Of a stretch of 64,000 bases of DNA, positions 46,410 through 55,793 are shown one piece after another. How positions within the stretch are numbered: position 1 is the stretch's first letter; each line of letters opens with the position of its first letter. Source of the stretch: an uncultured Ruminococcus sp. (lineage in GTDB: Bacteria > Bacillota > Clostridia > Oscillospirales > CAG-272). The position numbers were made by a program, and so were the translations under genes. The stretch covers positions 12,317 through 76,316 of the forward strand of contig CAYSEF010000003.1 in NCBI GenBank assembly GCA_964430105.1, in the 5' to 3' direction. The notes beneath the pieces were generated by a model. That model had not been told where the DNA came from. It did not search any database and saw only the letters and a list, made by a program, of their open reading frames with translations.

Positions 46410-46523
46410 TAATAAAGAGATATTTTGACAAGGACAGAACACGAATTTATAGTTTGTTTACAATTTTACAAGCCGTTTCAAAAGTACGGCAGCAGGGGGA
46501 AGCATAGAAATACAGAGAATTAA

Positions 46524-47654
46524 TTAGTCATCGTTTTCGTTATCAGCTTCAAACAGTGCGGTTTCAATATCGGCTTTAGTTATTTTCATAAGGTCGTCAC
46601 GAGTGACATTTTCCATTTCAGCAATGCGGTTAGCCTGTTCGGTGAGTATTTTTTCAAATGTATTGCGTACACCTCTTGCGTTGCCAAACTCTCCTGCTGC
46701 ATCTCCTACAGCAACAAAATATTCCTTTACTGTATTTTCTGCATCACTGTCGAGTACATAACAGCTCTTTTCGCAGTTCATTTTGAAAATTCCGAGCATT
46801 TCGTCGGCTGTATAGTCGATGAAGTCGATGTATTTGTTGAATCTTGAACGAAGTCCCGGGTTTGAGTCAATGAATTGCTCCATAAGATCGATATATCCCG
46901 CAACTATAACAACGAGATCATCACGGTTGTCTTCCATTGCTTTAAGAATGGTATCGACAGCTTCAAATCCGAAATCGTTTTCTGTTTTTGAGGTTAGAGT
47001 GTATGCTTCATCGATAAAAAGCACACTTCCTTTTGCTTCCTCGAGAACCTTTGCGGTTTTGATAGCAGTTTGACCGATATATCCTGCAACAAGTCCGCTT
47101 CTGTCAACCTCAACAAGCTTGCCGACCGAAAGAAGTCCGAGCGAATGGTAAACTCTTGCCATGAATCGTGCTATCATTGTCTTACCGGTACCGGGATTGC
47201 CCGAAAATACAAGATGCAGGGACATATCGGGATTCGGAAGGTCATTATCCTTACGCAGCTTATAGACAGTTGCCATGTTTATGAGATTTTTGACTTCTTT
47301 CTTTACTTCCTCAAGACCTATGTAGGAGTCGAGTTCTTTTTTTAAGTCCTCGATGTTCTCCTTTGGCGGAATATCATCTTTATTTTCGTGAGAATTACCA
47401 CCGTCACCGCCATCTGATGCTTTGGTAAGCTCCTTATCGCTTTTTTTGTCATTAAGTTCGTTTTTCTGAGTCGAGGTGTTGTTTACAGCAGATGAGGACT
47501 TATCAATATCTGATGAAGATGTGGTATTTTTTGCCTGATTTGCCTGTCGTGATGGGCCCCAAATATCATCTGATAGTCGTTTGATGTTGTTTTCGGTCAT
47601 TTTGCGGATGATATCGAGCTGTAGGTTTATGATCTCGTCTTTTTTGTCAGCCAT
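46524..47654 (-). CDS. AAA+ ATPase of the SpoVK/CbbX type with a disordered N-terminal region
   Basis: Walker A is GNPGTGKT and Walker B is VLFIDEAY. IGLEEVK...(linker)...LHLVFSGNPGTGKTMIARFMA is the SpoVK-family pattern. Residues 40-105 are S/N/K/D-rich. Confidence 0.8.
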   Translation of the reverse strand: MADKKDEIINLQLDIIRKMTENNIKRLSDDIWGPSRQANQAKNTTSSSDIDKSSSAVNNTSTQKNELNDKKSDKELTKASDGGDGGNSHENKDDIPPKENIEDLKKELDSYIGLEEVKKEVKNLINMATVYKLRKDNDLPNPDMSLHLVFSGNPGTGKTMIARFMARVYHSLGLLSVGKLVEVDRSGLVAGYIGQTAIKTAKVLEEAKGSVLFIDEAYTLTSKTENDFGFEAVDTILKAMEDNRDDLVVIVAGYIDLMEQFIDSNPGLRSRFNKYIDFIDYTADEMLGIFKMNCEKSCYVLDSDAENTVKEYFVAVGDAAGEFGNARGVRNTFEKILTEQANRIAEMENVTRDDLMKITKADIETALFEADNENDD

Positions 47655-47730
47655 ATGTCGTGCCTTTCGAAGTTGATAGATTATAAAATATATTGTAGCA
47701 CAAAATATAGAAAAAAGAAAGACAAAATGG

Positions 47731-48450
47731 CTATTCCGATTTTCTTTCTCTTATCATTTTTCTCAGCTCATTCAGTGACTCTGTAAGTCCGCCTATCGAA
47801 TCGATCAGTCCTATCTCCACCGCTTCCTTTCCGTCGATTATAGAACCTACATCTGTGGCGATTTGATCTGTGCGTAACAGCAGACTGTTAAATTTTTCTT
47901 CGGTTACTTTGGAATTACGACATATAAATCTGATTATCCTATCCTGCATACGTTCAAAATAGTAGTAGGTCTGCGGAACTCCGACAACGGTACCACTTAT
48001 TCTGACAGGATGTATCGTCATTGTAGCTGACGGAACGATAAACGATTTTTTTGCTGATACGGCAAGCGGAACTCCTATTGAATGACCACCGCCAAGTACA
48101 AGTGATACTGTCGGCTTAGACATACTCGCAACCATTTCGGCTATTGCAAGTCCTGCTTCGACATCTCCACCCATTGTGTTCAGCACCATAAGCATCCCAT
48201 CGATATCTCTGCTTTCTTCTATCGATACGAGAAGTGGGATTATATGCTCATATTTTGTTGCCTTCTGACCGTCACCGAGAAGATAATGACCTTCTATCTG
48301 ACCGATTATCGTTAGACAATGTATCGTTTCATTTTCGGATGAGCTGATAACACTTCCGCTTTTCATAATATAGTCAAGGCTTTCACTCTTTTGTGTTCCC
48401 TCCGAAATTACATCATTTTCAGTGGCTTCTGTATTGTCTTCGTATAACAT
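47731..48450 (-). CDS. Clp-fold serine protease-like protein (TepA/SDH family)
   Basis: IIGQIEGH, LNTMGGDVEAGLAIAEM and GGGHSIG (Ser-containing) match ClpP-like TepA proteins. The start is set at the ATG at 48450, preceded by GGAGG. Confidence 0.72.
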   Translation of the reverse strand: MLYEDNTEATENDVISEGTQKSESLDYIMKSGSVISSSENETIHCLTIIGQIEGHYLLGDGQKATKYEHIIPLLVSIEESRDIDGMLMVLNTMGGDVEAGLAIAEMVASMSKPTVSLVLGGGHSIGVPLAVSAKKSFIVPSATMTIHPVRISGTVVGVPQTYYYFERMQDRIIRFICRNSKVTEEKFNSLLLRTDQIATDVGSIIDGKEAVEIGLIDSIGGLTESLNELRKMIRERKSE

Positions 48451-48613
48451 TTTATAACCTCCGTTTTGTTTTGTATAGTATTTCCATGTTCGATGAATTT
48501 TATACATAATAAAAATGCGAATAAAAAGCAAAAATCAAGTTTTTTGTAGCAGAAATACGGTTTTTTGTGAAAATTCAGGTGGAAAAATGTTAATGATTTT
48601 TTGCGATAAGGAC

Positions 48614-48642
48614 TTGAAATTCGTTTGTAGGAGTGTTATAAT
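48614..48642 (+). promoter_or_regulatory. sigma-A promoter for the amino-acid ABC operon
   Basis: TTGAAA (48614-48619), a 17-nt spacer, then TGT-TATAAT (48637-48642). Confidence 0.75.
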
Positions 48643-48689
48643 ATGCAAGAAAGATAAATAAAATTTCATTTCTTTACAAGGAGTTTATC

Positions 48690-49535
48690 ATGAAAAAAAT
48701 ATTTGCTCTCGCACTCGCTGCGATTATGCTTGTCATGACCTGCGTTTCATGTGGTGGTTCTGCATCAAACGGTGTTAAGGTTATTGACATCGAGCTTACA
48801 CAAGAAGAATATGCTTTCGGTGTTGACAAGGCTCAGCCCGAGCTTCTCGAACAGCTCAATGCTTTCCTCGAAAAAATCATGTCTGACGGTACTTTCAATG
48901 AAGTTTGCGATAAGTACTTCGGTGACGGCACTCCCACTCCCGTAGTTTCCGCTACTCTCGATGAATCCAAGGATCAGCTTGTAGTTGCTACCAACGCTGC
49001 TTTTGCTCCTTTTGAATACATGGAAGGCGAAAGCTACCTCGGTATCGATATGGAGCTTATGTCTATCTTTGCAGCTGAACTTGGTAATGAACTCGTTATC
49101 AACAACATGGACTTTGATGCTGTATGTCTTTCTGTTGGTATGCAGAAGTGTGACGTTGCGGCAGCAGGTCTTACAATTAAGGAAGACCGTAAGGAATATG
49201 TTGATTTCTCCAATTCCTACTACAACGCATCTCAGAAGATCATCGTTAAGGAAAGTGATACCACATTCGATGCTTGCACAGACGTTGCAGCTGTAGAAGC
49301 TATTATTAACGGCTACGACAGCTCCAAGAAGGTTGGCGTTCAGATGGGTACTACAGGTCAGTTCTACGTTGAAGGCGACGAAAGCTACGGCTTTGACGGA
49401 TTTGCTGTAACCTGCACTCCTTACAAGAACGGCTCTCTCGCAGTACAGGATCTTATCAACGGAAACCTTGCATTTGTTGTTATCGACTCCGCACCTGCCG
49501 CTGCAATTACTAAGGCTTTCAACGAAATGAAGTGA
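48690..49535 (+). CDS. polar amino acid ABC transporter substrate-binding lipoprotein
   Basis: The lipobox is MTCVSC|GG. The SBP_bac_3-type motifs are VVATNAAFAPFEY, GIDMEL and DAVCLSVGMQKCDVAAAGLTI. Confidence 0.88.
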   Translation: MKKIFALALAAIMLVMTCVSCGGSASNGVKVIDIELTQEEYAFGVDKAQPELLEQLNAFLEKIMSDGTFNEVCDKYFGDGTPTPVVSATLDESKDQLVVATNAAFAPFEYMEGESYLGIDMELMSIFAAELGNELVINNMDFDAVCLSVGMQKCDVAAAGLTIKEDRKEYVDFSNSYYNASQKIIVKESDTTFDACTDVAAVEAIINGYDSSKKVGVQMGTTGQFYVEGDESYGFDGFAVTCTPYKNGSLAVQDLINGNLAFVVIDSAPAAAITKAFNEMK

Positions 49536-49643
49536 TAGGGTAGAGATACTCCACACTTGATTGCGTAATAATTGCCGACTTCTGTTCTATGTATGACGAA
49601 GTTCGGTTACATTGAGTTAAAACAGTATGATATGAAACAAACA

Positions 49644-49684
49644 GCTCCCCTGCGTTCGTATATTTGAATCGGGGGAGCGGTTTT
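49644..49684 (+). terminator. intercistronic hairpin/partial terminator between the binding-protein and permease genes
   Basis: GCTCCCC (49644-49650) and GGGGAGC (49672-49678) form the stem, followed by GGTTTT. It lies 12 nt upstream of the permease ATG. Confidence 0.55.
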
Positions 49685-49695
49685 ATGAAGGAATA

Positions 49696-50406
49696 ATGGG
49701 AAATTTCAGTATAAAAGTTGATAAATTTGTAGATATTCTCGTCAATAAAGGCGGGTATATTAAGGTTCTCGAGGGCTTGCAAAACACGCTGATTATTGCG
49801 GTCGCAGGTCTTATTATCGGTGCAATCATCGGTACACTTATTGCAACTGTCAGAGTTGTTCCGAAATATAAAACTCTGCCAAAGGTGCTGAATGGAATAT
49901 GCTCAGTCTATGTGGCGTTCTTCCGCGGAACTCCAATGGTAGTACAGCTCCTGTTGTTCTACTATGTGTTGCTTCCGATAATCGGAGTCAATATGACAGG
50001 TGTAAATGTTTCAATAATCGTTTTCGGCTTGAATAGTGGTGCGTATATGTCCGAAATGATGCGTGCCGGTATTCTTTCTGTAGATGGCGGTCAGATGGAA
50101 GCAGGACGTGCAGTAGGTCTTTCGTTTGCCACAACAATGATGAAAATCGTCATTCCGCAGGCTATAAAGAATATTCTTCCGACTCTCGGTAATGAATTTA
50201 TCGTGCTTGTCAAGGAAACCTCTGTCGTATCGTTCGTAGGCGCAGCTGACCTTTACGTTGCGTTTAACTACATAGGTTCAAACTCGTATGAATTTATGGT
50301 GCCGTATCTTGTTATGGCGATAATTTATATCGTTATCGTTCTTTTGATAACATTGGGAATCAAGTTGATGGAAAGGGGACTGAGAAAAAGTGATAGACGT
50401 AATTGA
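49696..50406 (+). CDS. polar amino acid ABC transporter permease
   Basis: The EAA-type loop is [26 protein letters not shown], within a HisM/GlnP-like topology. Confidence 0.9.
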   Translation: MGNFSIKVDKFVDILVNKGGYIKVLEGLQNTLIIAVAGLIIGAIIGTLIATVRVVPKYKTLPKVLNGICSVYVAFFRGTPMVVQLLLFYYVLLPIIGVNMTGVNVSIIVFGLNSGAYMSEMMRAGILSVDGGQMEAGRAVGLSFATTMMKIVIPQAIKNILPTLGNEFIVLVKETSVVSFVGAADLYVAFNYIGSNSYEFMVPYLVMAIIYIVIVLLITLGIKLMERGLRKSDRRN

Positions 50407-51214
50407 TCTGCAAAAAAGTTTTGGCAAAAAGAAAGTCCTCTGCGGTATCGATATTACAATAGATAAAGGTGATATCGTATGCGTACTCGGCCCTTCCGGA
50501 TGCGGAAAAAGTACGTTTTTGCGTTGCCTCAACTGTATGGAGGACCCAAGTGGCGGTCAAATCATATTTAACGGTGTAGATATTGCCGATATGAGTGTCG
50601 ATATCAATATCCACAGACGTAAAATAGGTATGGTTTTCCAGCAGTTTAATTTGTTTAATAACAAGACTGTTGTGCAGAATATCATGCTTGCGCCTGTTCA
50701 TGTCGGACTTGAAGACTTGCGAAAAGCAAAGCTGCATAATACATTTTTGCCGATAACAAATATCTTCCGCAAAAACAAACAAGAAAAGATCGCAATTACC
50801 ACTGATAAACAGAAAATCAAGGAAGATGCAAGAGAAAATGCAATGCGTCTTTTGAAACGTATAGGTCTGCAAGATAAAGCTGATGTATATCCATCGACTT
50901 TGTCCGGTGGTCAGAAACAGCGTGTAGCAATTATACGTGCACTTGCGATGAATCCTGATGTGATATTGTTTGATGAGCCTACGTCAGCTCTTGACCCTGA
51001 AATGGTAGGTGAGGTTCTCGACCTCATGAAATCTCTTGCTCAGGAAGTCATGACAATGGTTATCGTTACTCATGAAATGGGATTTGCTAAGGAAGTAGCG
51101 AACAGAGTAGTGTTTATCGATGAAGGTAAAATCATTGAAGATTCAGCACCGCAGGAATTCTTCGGCAATCCTAAAAATCCGAGAGTTAAGGATTTTCTGT
51201 CAAAGATTTTATAA
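50390..51214 (+). CDS. polar amino acid ABC transporter ATP-binding protein (with about 33-aa insertion)
   Basis: Walker A is GPSGCGKST, the Q-loop is MVFQQFNLF, the signature is [11 protein letters not shown] and Walker B is [13 protein letters not shown]. The GTG start overlaps the permease 3' end. 274 aa, against about 240 aa for typical GlnQ-type proteins. Confidence 0.9.
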   Translation: MIDVIDLQKSFGKKKVLCGIDITIDKGDIVCVLGPSGCGKSTFLRCLNCMEDPSGGQIIFNGVDIADMSVDINIHRRKIGMVFQQFNLFNNKTVVQNIMLAPVHVGLEDLRKAKLHNTFLPITNIFRKNKQEKIAITTDKQKIKEDARENAMRLLKRIGLQDKADVYPSTLSGGQKQRVAIIRALAMNPDVILFDEPTSALDPEMVGEVLDLMKSLAQEVMTMVIVTHEMGFAKEVANRVVFIDEGKIIEDSAPQEFFGNPKNPRVKDFLSKIL

Positions 51215-51227
51215 ACAAAATAAAAAA

Positions 51228-51270
51228 AGACTGTTGCCATCGGGAGTTTCCGAAATGCAACAGTCTTTTT
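51228..51270. terminator. bidirectional rho-independent terminator
   Basis: AGACTGTTGC (51228-51237) and GCAACAGTCT (51257-51266) form a perfect 10-bp stem, flanked by A7 and T5. It sits between convergent genes. Confidence 0.85.
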
Positions 51271-51280
51271 GCGTCGTAAA

Positions 51281-52273
51281 CTAATTCGCTGAAACAGGGT
51301 TATATATAAGCTCGTTCGCACATTCTCCGGTTTCAAATAGCGATACTATATTTTCAACTGTCGTTTGTGCGATATTATCGAGAGCTTCTTCGGTGAGAAA
51401 TGCCTGATGAGAAGTTACTATGACGTTTGGCATAGAAATCAGACGTGCAAGAGTGTCATCCTCCAGAATGTGTCCTGAGAAATCTTCAAAAAAGAAATCT
51501 GCTTCTTCTTCGTAAACATCAAGACAAGCCGCACCGATATGTCGAGCTTTTATTCCTTCAAGGAGTGCTTCTGAATCAATAAGTGCACCACGCGAGGTAT
51601 TGATTATTACAACGCCCTTTTTCATTTTCGCAATAGTTTCTTCGTTTATCAAATAGCGTGTGTCGTCTGTCAATGGGCAATGCAGAGAAATGATATCACT
51701 TTGCTTAAAGAGCTCGTCAGGCGTAACGTAATCTATACCGTCGGAATGATAAATATCGTATGCAATAACCTTCATTCCGAAGCCACGGCAGATATCTATG
51801 AAAACACGTCCTATTTTTCCTGTTCCGATAACACCAACGGTTTTTCCGTGCAGATCGAAGCCTGTCATGTTGTTCAGCGAAAAATTGAAATCTCTCGTGC
51901 GAATGTATGCTTTGTGAATTCGTCTTATAGAGGTCAAAAGCATTGCCATAGCGTGTTCAGCGACTGCGTATGGCGAATATGCAGGTACACGAACAACATG
52001 AAGCTTGTTTGATGCGTATTTAATATCAACATTGTTAAAGCCGGCACAACGAAGCGCAATGACTTTACAGCCATATTCGACAAGTTTGTCGATAACAGCT
52101 GCGTTTACTGTATCATTGACAAAAACGCACACACCATCACAGCCTTTTGCAAGCTCTGCGGTGTCTTCGGTAAGCTTTGTTTCGTAATATTTGATTTTGA
52201 TGTTTTTTTGAGCGGAGTATTTTTCAAACGAGGGTTTATCATAGCTTTTAGCATCAAAGAAGGCGATTTTCAT
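51281..52273 (-). CDS. ldhA: D-lactate dehydrogenase / D-isomer-specific 2-hydroxyacid dehydrogenase
   Basis: MKIAFFDAKSYDK... is followed by the NAD motif GVIGTGKIGR and the catalytic R..E..H pattern (NTSRG, HQAF). 330 aa, matching LdhA-type enzymes in length and N-terminus. Confidence 0.78.
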   Translation of the reverse strand: MKIAFFDAKSYDKPSFEKYSAQKNIKIKYYETKLTEDTAELAKGCDGVCVFVNDTVNAAVIDKLVEYGCKVIALRCAGFNNVDIKYASNKLHVVRVPAYSPYAVAEHAMAMLLTSIRRIHKAYIRTRDFNFSLNNMTGFDLHGKTVGVIGTGKIGRVFIDICRGFGMKVIAYDIYHSDGIDYVTPDELFKQSDIISLHCPLTDDTRYLINEETIAKMKKGVVIINTSRGALIDSEALLEGIKARHIGAACLDVYEEEADFFFEDFSGHILEDDTLARLISMPNVIVTSHQAFLTEEALDNIAQTTVENIVSLFETGECANELIYNPVSAN

Positions 52274-52333
52274 ACGGATACCTCACTTTTTGAATTTGTA
52301 TTTATGATAACCTGTAAAGCTGTGTAAAATACG

Positions 52334-53035
52334 TTAATTGTGGAAAAAAGGTCTGAGCTTGAACTTGTCGCTGAAATTAAATATCTTTTCGAGCAAACGT
52401 GAAAAAATTCCGATAGCAAGTCCGTTGATGAGCGCACATATTACCGAACCCAGCTTTATTCCTTCAAAATGTCCGAATCCGAAGAATATGAACGACAGAA
52501 GTACGGATAAAACACAGCTTGAGTAGTCGTAGATAGTCTTGACCTTGCTGAGCTTCAAATTAAAGCATCTGGTGATTTCTGCTACAAAAAGCTCATAAGC
52601 TTCCTGGGGCAGATATGTGTGGAAAAGGAATGCAACTCCTATTGCACAAATTAGAAATCCGCCGATATAGACGATAAGACGTGTGGGCAGTGTGTCGCAG
52701 GGAATATAGCATACCACATGGATCCAACCGTCGAGCAAAAGACCGTATATGACAGCTGTTACGAATGACAGTAGATATGCAAGCTTGAATTTACGCATTA
52801 TACAAGCGAGCAGAAGGATAAGTGTTCCCTGAAAAATGTACTCAGCCATGCCAAATGAGAAAAACGGAAAGAACTGCGACATTTTTAGATGCAGGATATA
52901 GGCGGGCGCAACGATCATGGAAACACCAAAATCGGCAAGCTCCATGAGAGCAGTGCCAAGTGCGAGTAATACAAGTCCGACGAAGTAAGAAAGCTCAGTC
53001 GGAAATGTAATTTTACGAGAAGTTGTATTTTGCAT
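52334..53035 (-). CDS. YczE/YitT-like integral membrane protein
   Basis: It has about six TM helices. The N-terminus LALGTALMELADFGVSMIVAPAY resembles the YczE (DUF6198) family. The start ATG at 53035 has a TGGAG RBS. Confidence 0.55.
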   Translation of the reverse strand: MQNTTSRKITFPTELSYFVGLVLLALGTALMELADFGVSMIVAPAYILHLKMSQFFPFFSFGMAEYIFQGTLILLLACIMRKFKLAYLLSFVTAVIYGLLLDGWIHVVCYIPCDTLPTRLIVYIGGFLICAIGVAFLFHTYLPQEAYELFVAEITRCFNLKLSKVKTIYDYSSCVLSVLLSFIFFGFGHFEGIKLGSVICALINGLAIGIFSRLLEKIFNFSDKFKLRPFFHN

Positions 53036-53388
53036 GATAAACTCCAATTACTGAAAATGACAAAACAGCTCAAGCCGTTTGTGAAATTGATATGAAAACG
53101 GATAAGCTGTGATGATATTATAGCAAATTGTAAACATGAATGTCAATATATTAATGATGAAAATTGTCGGATTTTGCTTGAGTATATTCGTTAATATCAC
53201 TTATAACATCAAGCTTTTATACATACTGAGAGGATTATTATTTGTGCAGAGTGATGAGAATTGCAGAATCAATAACTGCGTTTGAGTTTATTTTGAAACA
53301 AACTTGCACAATTTATCGTCGCACTATAATGATTTATGCATATATTCCGATGAATTCAAAAAATATTTACTTTTTTTCCTCTTTTGAC

Positions 53389-53417
53389 TTGACAAAAGCT
53401 CAGATAAATTGTATAAT
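53389..53417 (+). promoter_or_regulatory. sigma-A promoter of the arg operon
   Basis: TTGACA (53389-53394), a 17-nt spacer, then TATAAT (53412-53417). Confidence 0.75.
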
Positions 53418-53441
53418 ATTACAACCAAACACAGTCAAAAA

Positions 53442-53455
53442 TGTATAAATATGCA
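53442..53455 (+). promoter_or_regulatory. candidate ArgR operator (ARG box-like)
   Basis: TGTATAAATATGCA fits TGnAT-wwww-ATnCA. It lies about 25 nt downstream of the -10 of the arg promoter. Confidence 0.35.
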
Positions 53456-53500
53456 AAAATAAATGTGGTGGATAACTATTCGGAAAGAAAGAGGACTAAA

Positions 53501-54418
53501 ATGACTAAGGTATTCATTGACGGCAGTGCAGGAACGACGGGACTGAGAATATTCGATCGCTTAGCCGGCAGAAAAGATATTGAACTAATCAAGCTGAGCG
53601 AAGAATTACGCAAGGACGCAGTTGCCCGAAGAAATGCTCTGAATGAAGCGGATATTGCGTTTTTATGTCTTCCCGATGCGGCAGCTATAGAGGCGGTTTC
53701 GTTTATCGAAAATGAACACACTGCCGTAATAGATACATCTACTGCACACAGAACGAAGGATGGCTGGGCATATGGCTTTGCTGAATTGTCTGCTAAGCAT
53801 AGAGAAGCAATAAAAAATTCAAAGCGTATAGCTAATCCCGGATGCCACGCAAGCGGATTTATTTCGTCTGTATATCCTCTCGTTGCGAATGGTATTATTC
53901 CGGCTGATTATCCTTTGACTGCGTACTCGTTGACTGGCTACAGCGGTGGCGGAAAATCTCTTATTGCTGAATATGAAGATGAAAATCGTGATGTTCGCCA
54001 CGAAAGCCACAGAATATATGGTACTACATTAAAGCATAAGCACATTCCGGAAATGAAAGCGGTTTGCGGACTTAAAACAGCACCGGTATTTTCGCCGATT
54101 CTCGGTGATTTTTACGCCGGTATGGCTACTACAATTATGCTTCCCGGATACGACGCAAAGACAGTGCATGAATGTCTGAGTGACCATTATGCAAATCAGA
54201 AGCTCGTCACGGTTGCACCGATAGGTGGAGATGAGAGTGTTATCTATGCCTCTACATACGCAGGTAAGGACAGTATGCGTCTTATCGTATGCGGTCATGA
54301 AGAACAGACTACAGTGACTGCACTGTTTGATAACCTCGGTAAAGGTGCATCCGGTGCGGCTATACAAAATATGAACATTCTCATGGGCGTTGACGAAACC
54401 CTTGGACTGAATGTATAA
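53501..54418 (+). CDS. argC: N-acetyl-gamma-glutamyl-phosphate reductase (short, uncommon form)
   Basis: MTKVFIDGSAGTTGLRI... is followed by the catalytic Cys loop IANPGCHASG. It is 305 aa and is the first gene of the arg cluster. The start is the ATG at 53501, with an AGAGGA RBS. Confidence 0.85.
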   Translation: MTKVFIDGSAGTTGLRIFDRLAGRKDIELIKLSEELRKDAVARRNALNEADIAFLCLPDAAAIEAVSFIENEHTAVIDTSTAHRTKDGWAYGFAELSAKHREAIKNSKRIANPGCHASGFISSVYPLVANGIIPADYPLTAYSLTGYSGGGKSLIAEYEDENRDVRHESHRIYGTTLKHKHIPEMKAVCGLKTAPVFSPILGDFYAGMATTIMLPGYDAKTVHECLSDHYANQKLVTVAPIGGDESVIYASTYAGKDSMRLIVCGHEEQTTVTALFDNLGKGASGAAIQNMNILMGVDETLGLNV

Positions 54419-54507
54419 AATAAGCAAAATTTAATAAGACCGATATAAACGGTCGTTTCGATATAGTTTTTTATAATAATTACGACAATTCGGAGGAATT
54501 ACATAAA

Positions 54508-55722
54508 ATGAAGTTGATACAGGGTGGCGTTTGTGCTGCCAATGGATATAAAGCAAGCGGTATTCACTGCGGTATTCGCAAAAATAAAACAAAGCGTGAT
54601 ATCGCACTCATCGTTAGTGATGTTAAGGCAAATGCGGCGGCAGTTTATACACAGAATCTTGTTAAGGGCGCACCGCTTACCGTAACAAAGGCTCATATTG
54701 CAGATGGTCACGCTCAGGCTGTTATTTGTAACTCAGGTAACGCAAATACCTGTAATGCAAATGGTATAGAAATAGCTGAAAAAATGAGTAAGCTTGTTGA
54801 GAAGTATACCGGTGTTCCCGCAAATGATGTTGTTGTAGCATCTACCGGTGTTATAGGACAGCCTCTCGATATTACACCTATCGAAAACGGTATGCAGGCT
54901 CTCACAGATGAACTTTCCGAAAATGGCGGTGCTAATGCTGCTGAAGCTATCATGACAACCGATACCGTAATGAAAGAGATTGCAGTAGAGTTTGAAGTAG
55001 GCGGAAAAACAGCACGTCTTGGCGGTATAGCAAAGGGAAGCGGTATGATACATCCGAACATGGCGACAATGCTCGTTTTCCTTACAACAGATGCAGCTAT
55101 CTCATCTGAAATGCTCCAGAAAGCACTTTCTAACGATATCAAAAATACATTCAATATGGTAAGTGTTGATGGTGATACCTCAACTAATGATATGGTTACT
55201 GTACTTGCAAACGGTATGGCAGGAAATGCAGAGATAACCGAGGAGGGTGCTGACTTCGACGAATTTATGAAGGCACTCAATACTGTTACAGTTCACCTTT
55301 GCCGTATGATTGCTGGTGATGGCGAGGGTGCTACAAAGCTGCTCGAATGCAAGGTCACAGGTGCTGACGGAATAGCTAATGCAAAGACAGTTGCAAAGTC
55401 TGTTATTTGCTCATCTCTGCTTAAGTCTGCAATGTTCGGTGCTGATGCAAACTGGGGCCGTGTACTTTGCGCTATCGGATATTCGGGTGCTAAGGTTGAT
55501 GTTACAAAGGTAGATGTATCGTTCAAGTCGGCAAAAGGCGAAATTCTTGTATGCAAGGATGGCGCAGGTGTTGAATTCTCCGAAGAAAAGGCTAAAGAAA
55601 TACTTCTCGAAAAGGAAATCGAAATTCTCATCGGTCTTGGCGATGGTGATTCCTCCGCTACAGCATGGGGTTGCGACCTTACCTACGATTATGTTAAGAT
55701 AAACGGCGATTACAGAACCTGA
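54508..55722 (+). CDS. argJ: bifunctional ornithine acetyltransferase / N-acetylglutamate synthase
   Basis: The autoprocessing site is ...HPNMATML and the C-terminus is DLTYDYVKINGDYRT, which is typical of ArgJ. 404 aa. Confidence 0.93.
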   Translation: MKLIQGGVCAANGYKASGIHCGIRKNKTKRDIALIVSDVKANAAAVYTQNLVKGAPLTVTKAHIADGHAQAVICNSGNANTCNANGIEIAEKMSKLVEKYTGVPANDVVVASTGVIGQPLDITPIENGMQALTDELSENGGANAAEAIMTTDTVMKEIAVEFEVGGKTARLGGIAKGSGMIHPNMATMLVFLTTDAAISSEMLQKALSNDIKNTFNMVSVDGDTSTNDMVTVLANGMAGNAEITEEGADFDEFMKALNTVTVHLCRMIAGDGEGATKLLECKVTGADGIANAKTVAKSVICSSLLKSAMFGADANWGRVLCAIGYSGAKVDVTKVDVSFKSAKGEILVCKDGAGVEFSEEKAKEILLEKEIEILIGLGDGDSSATAWGCDLTYDYVKINGDYRT

Positions 55723-55793
55723 TAAGACGAATTACAGTGGTTTGCTCCAGACTTTAATATATTATCACATTATAAAGAAGGACGTCTATACAC

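Noticed and set aside
48765-49556. A 263-aa minus-strand ORF spans the whole amino-acid binding-protein gene.
   Set aside because: The + strand product has a lipobox, SBP_bac_3 motifs, a promoter and an RBS. The antisense product has none and is V/N/C-rich. It is a shadow ORF caused by codon bias.
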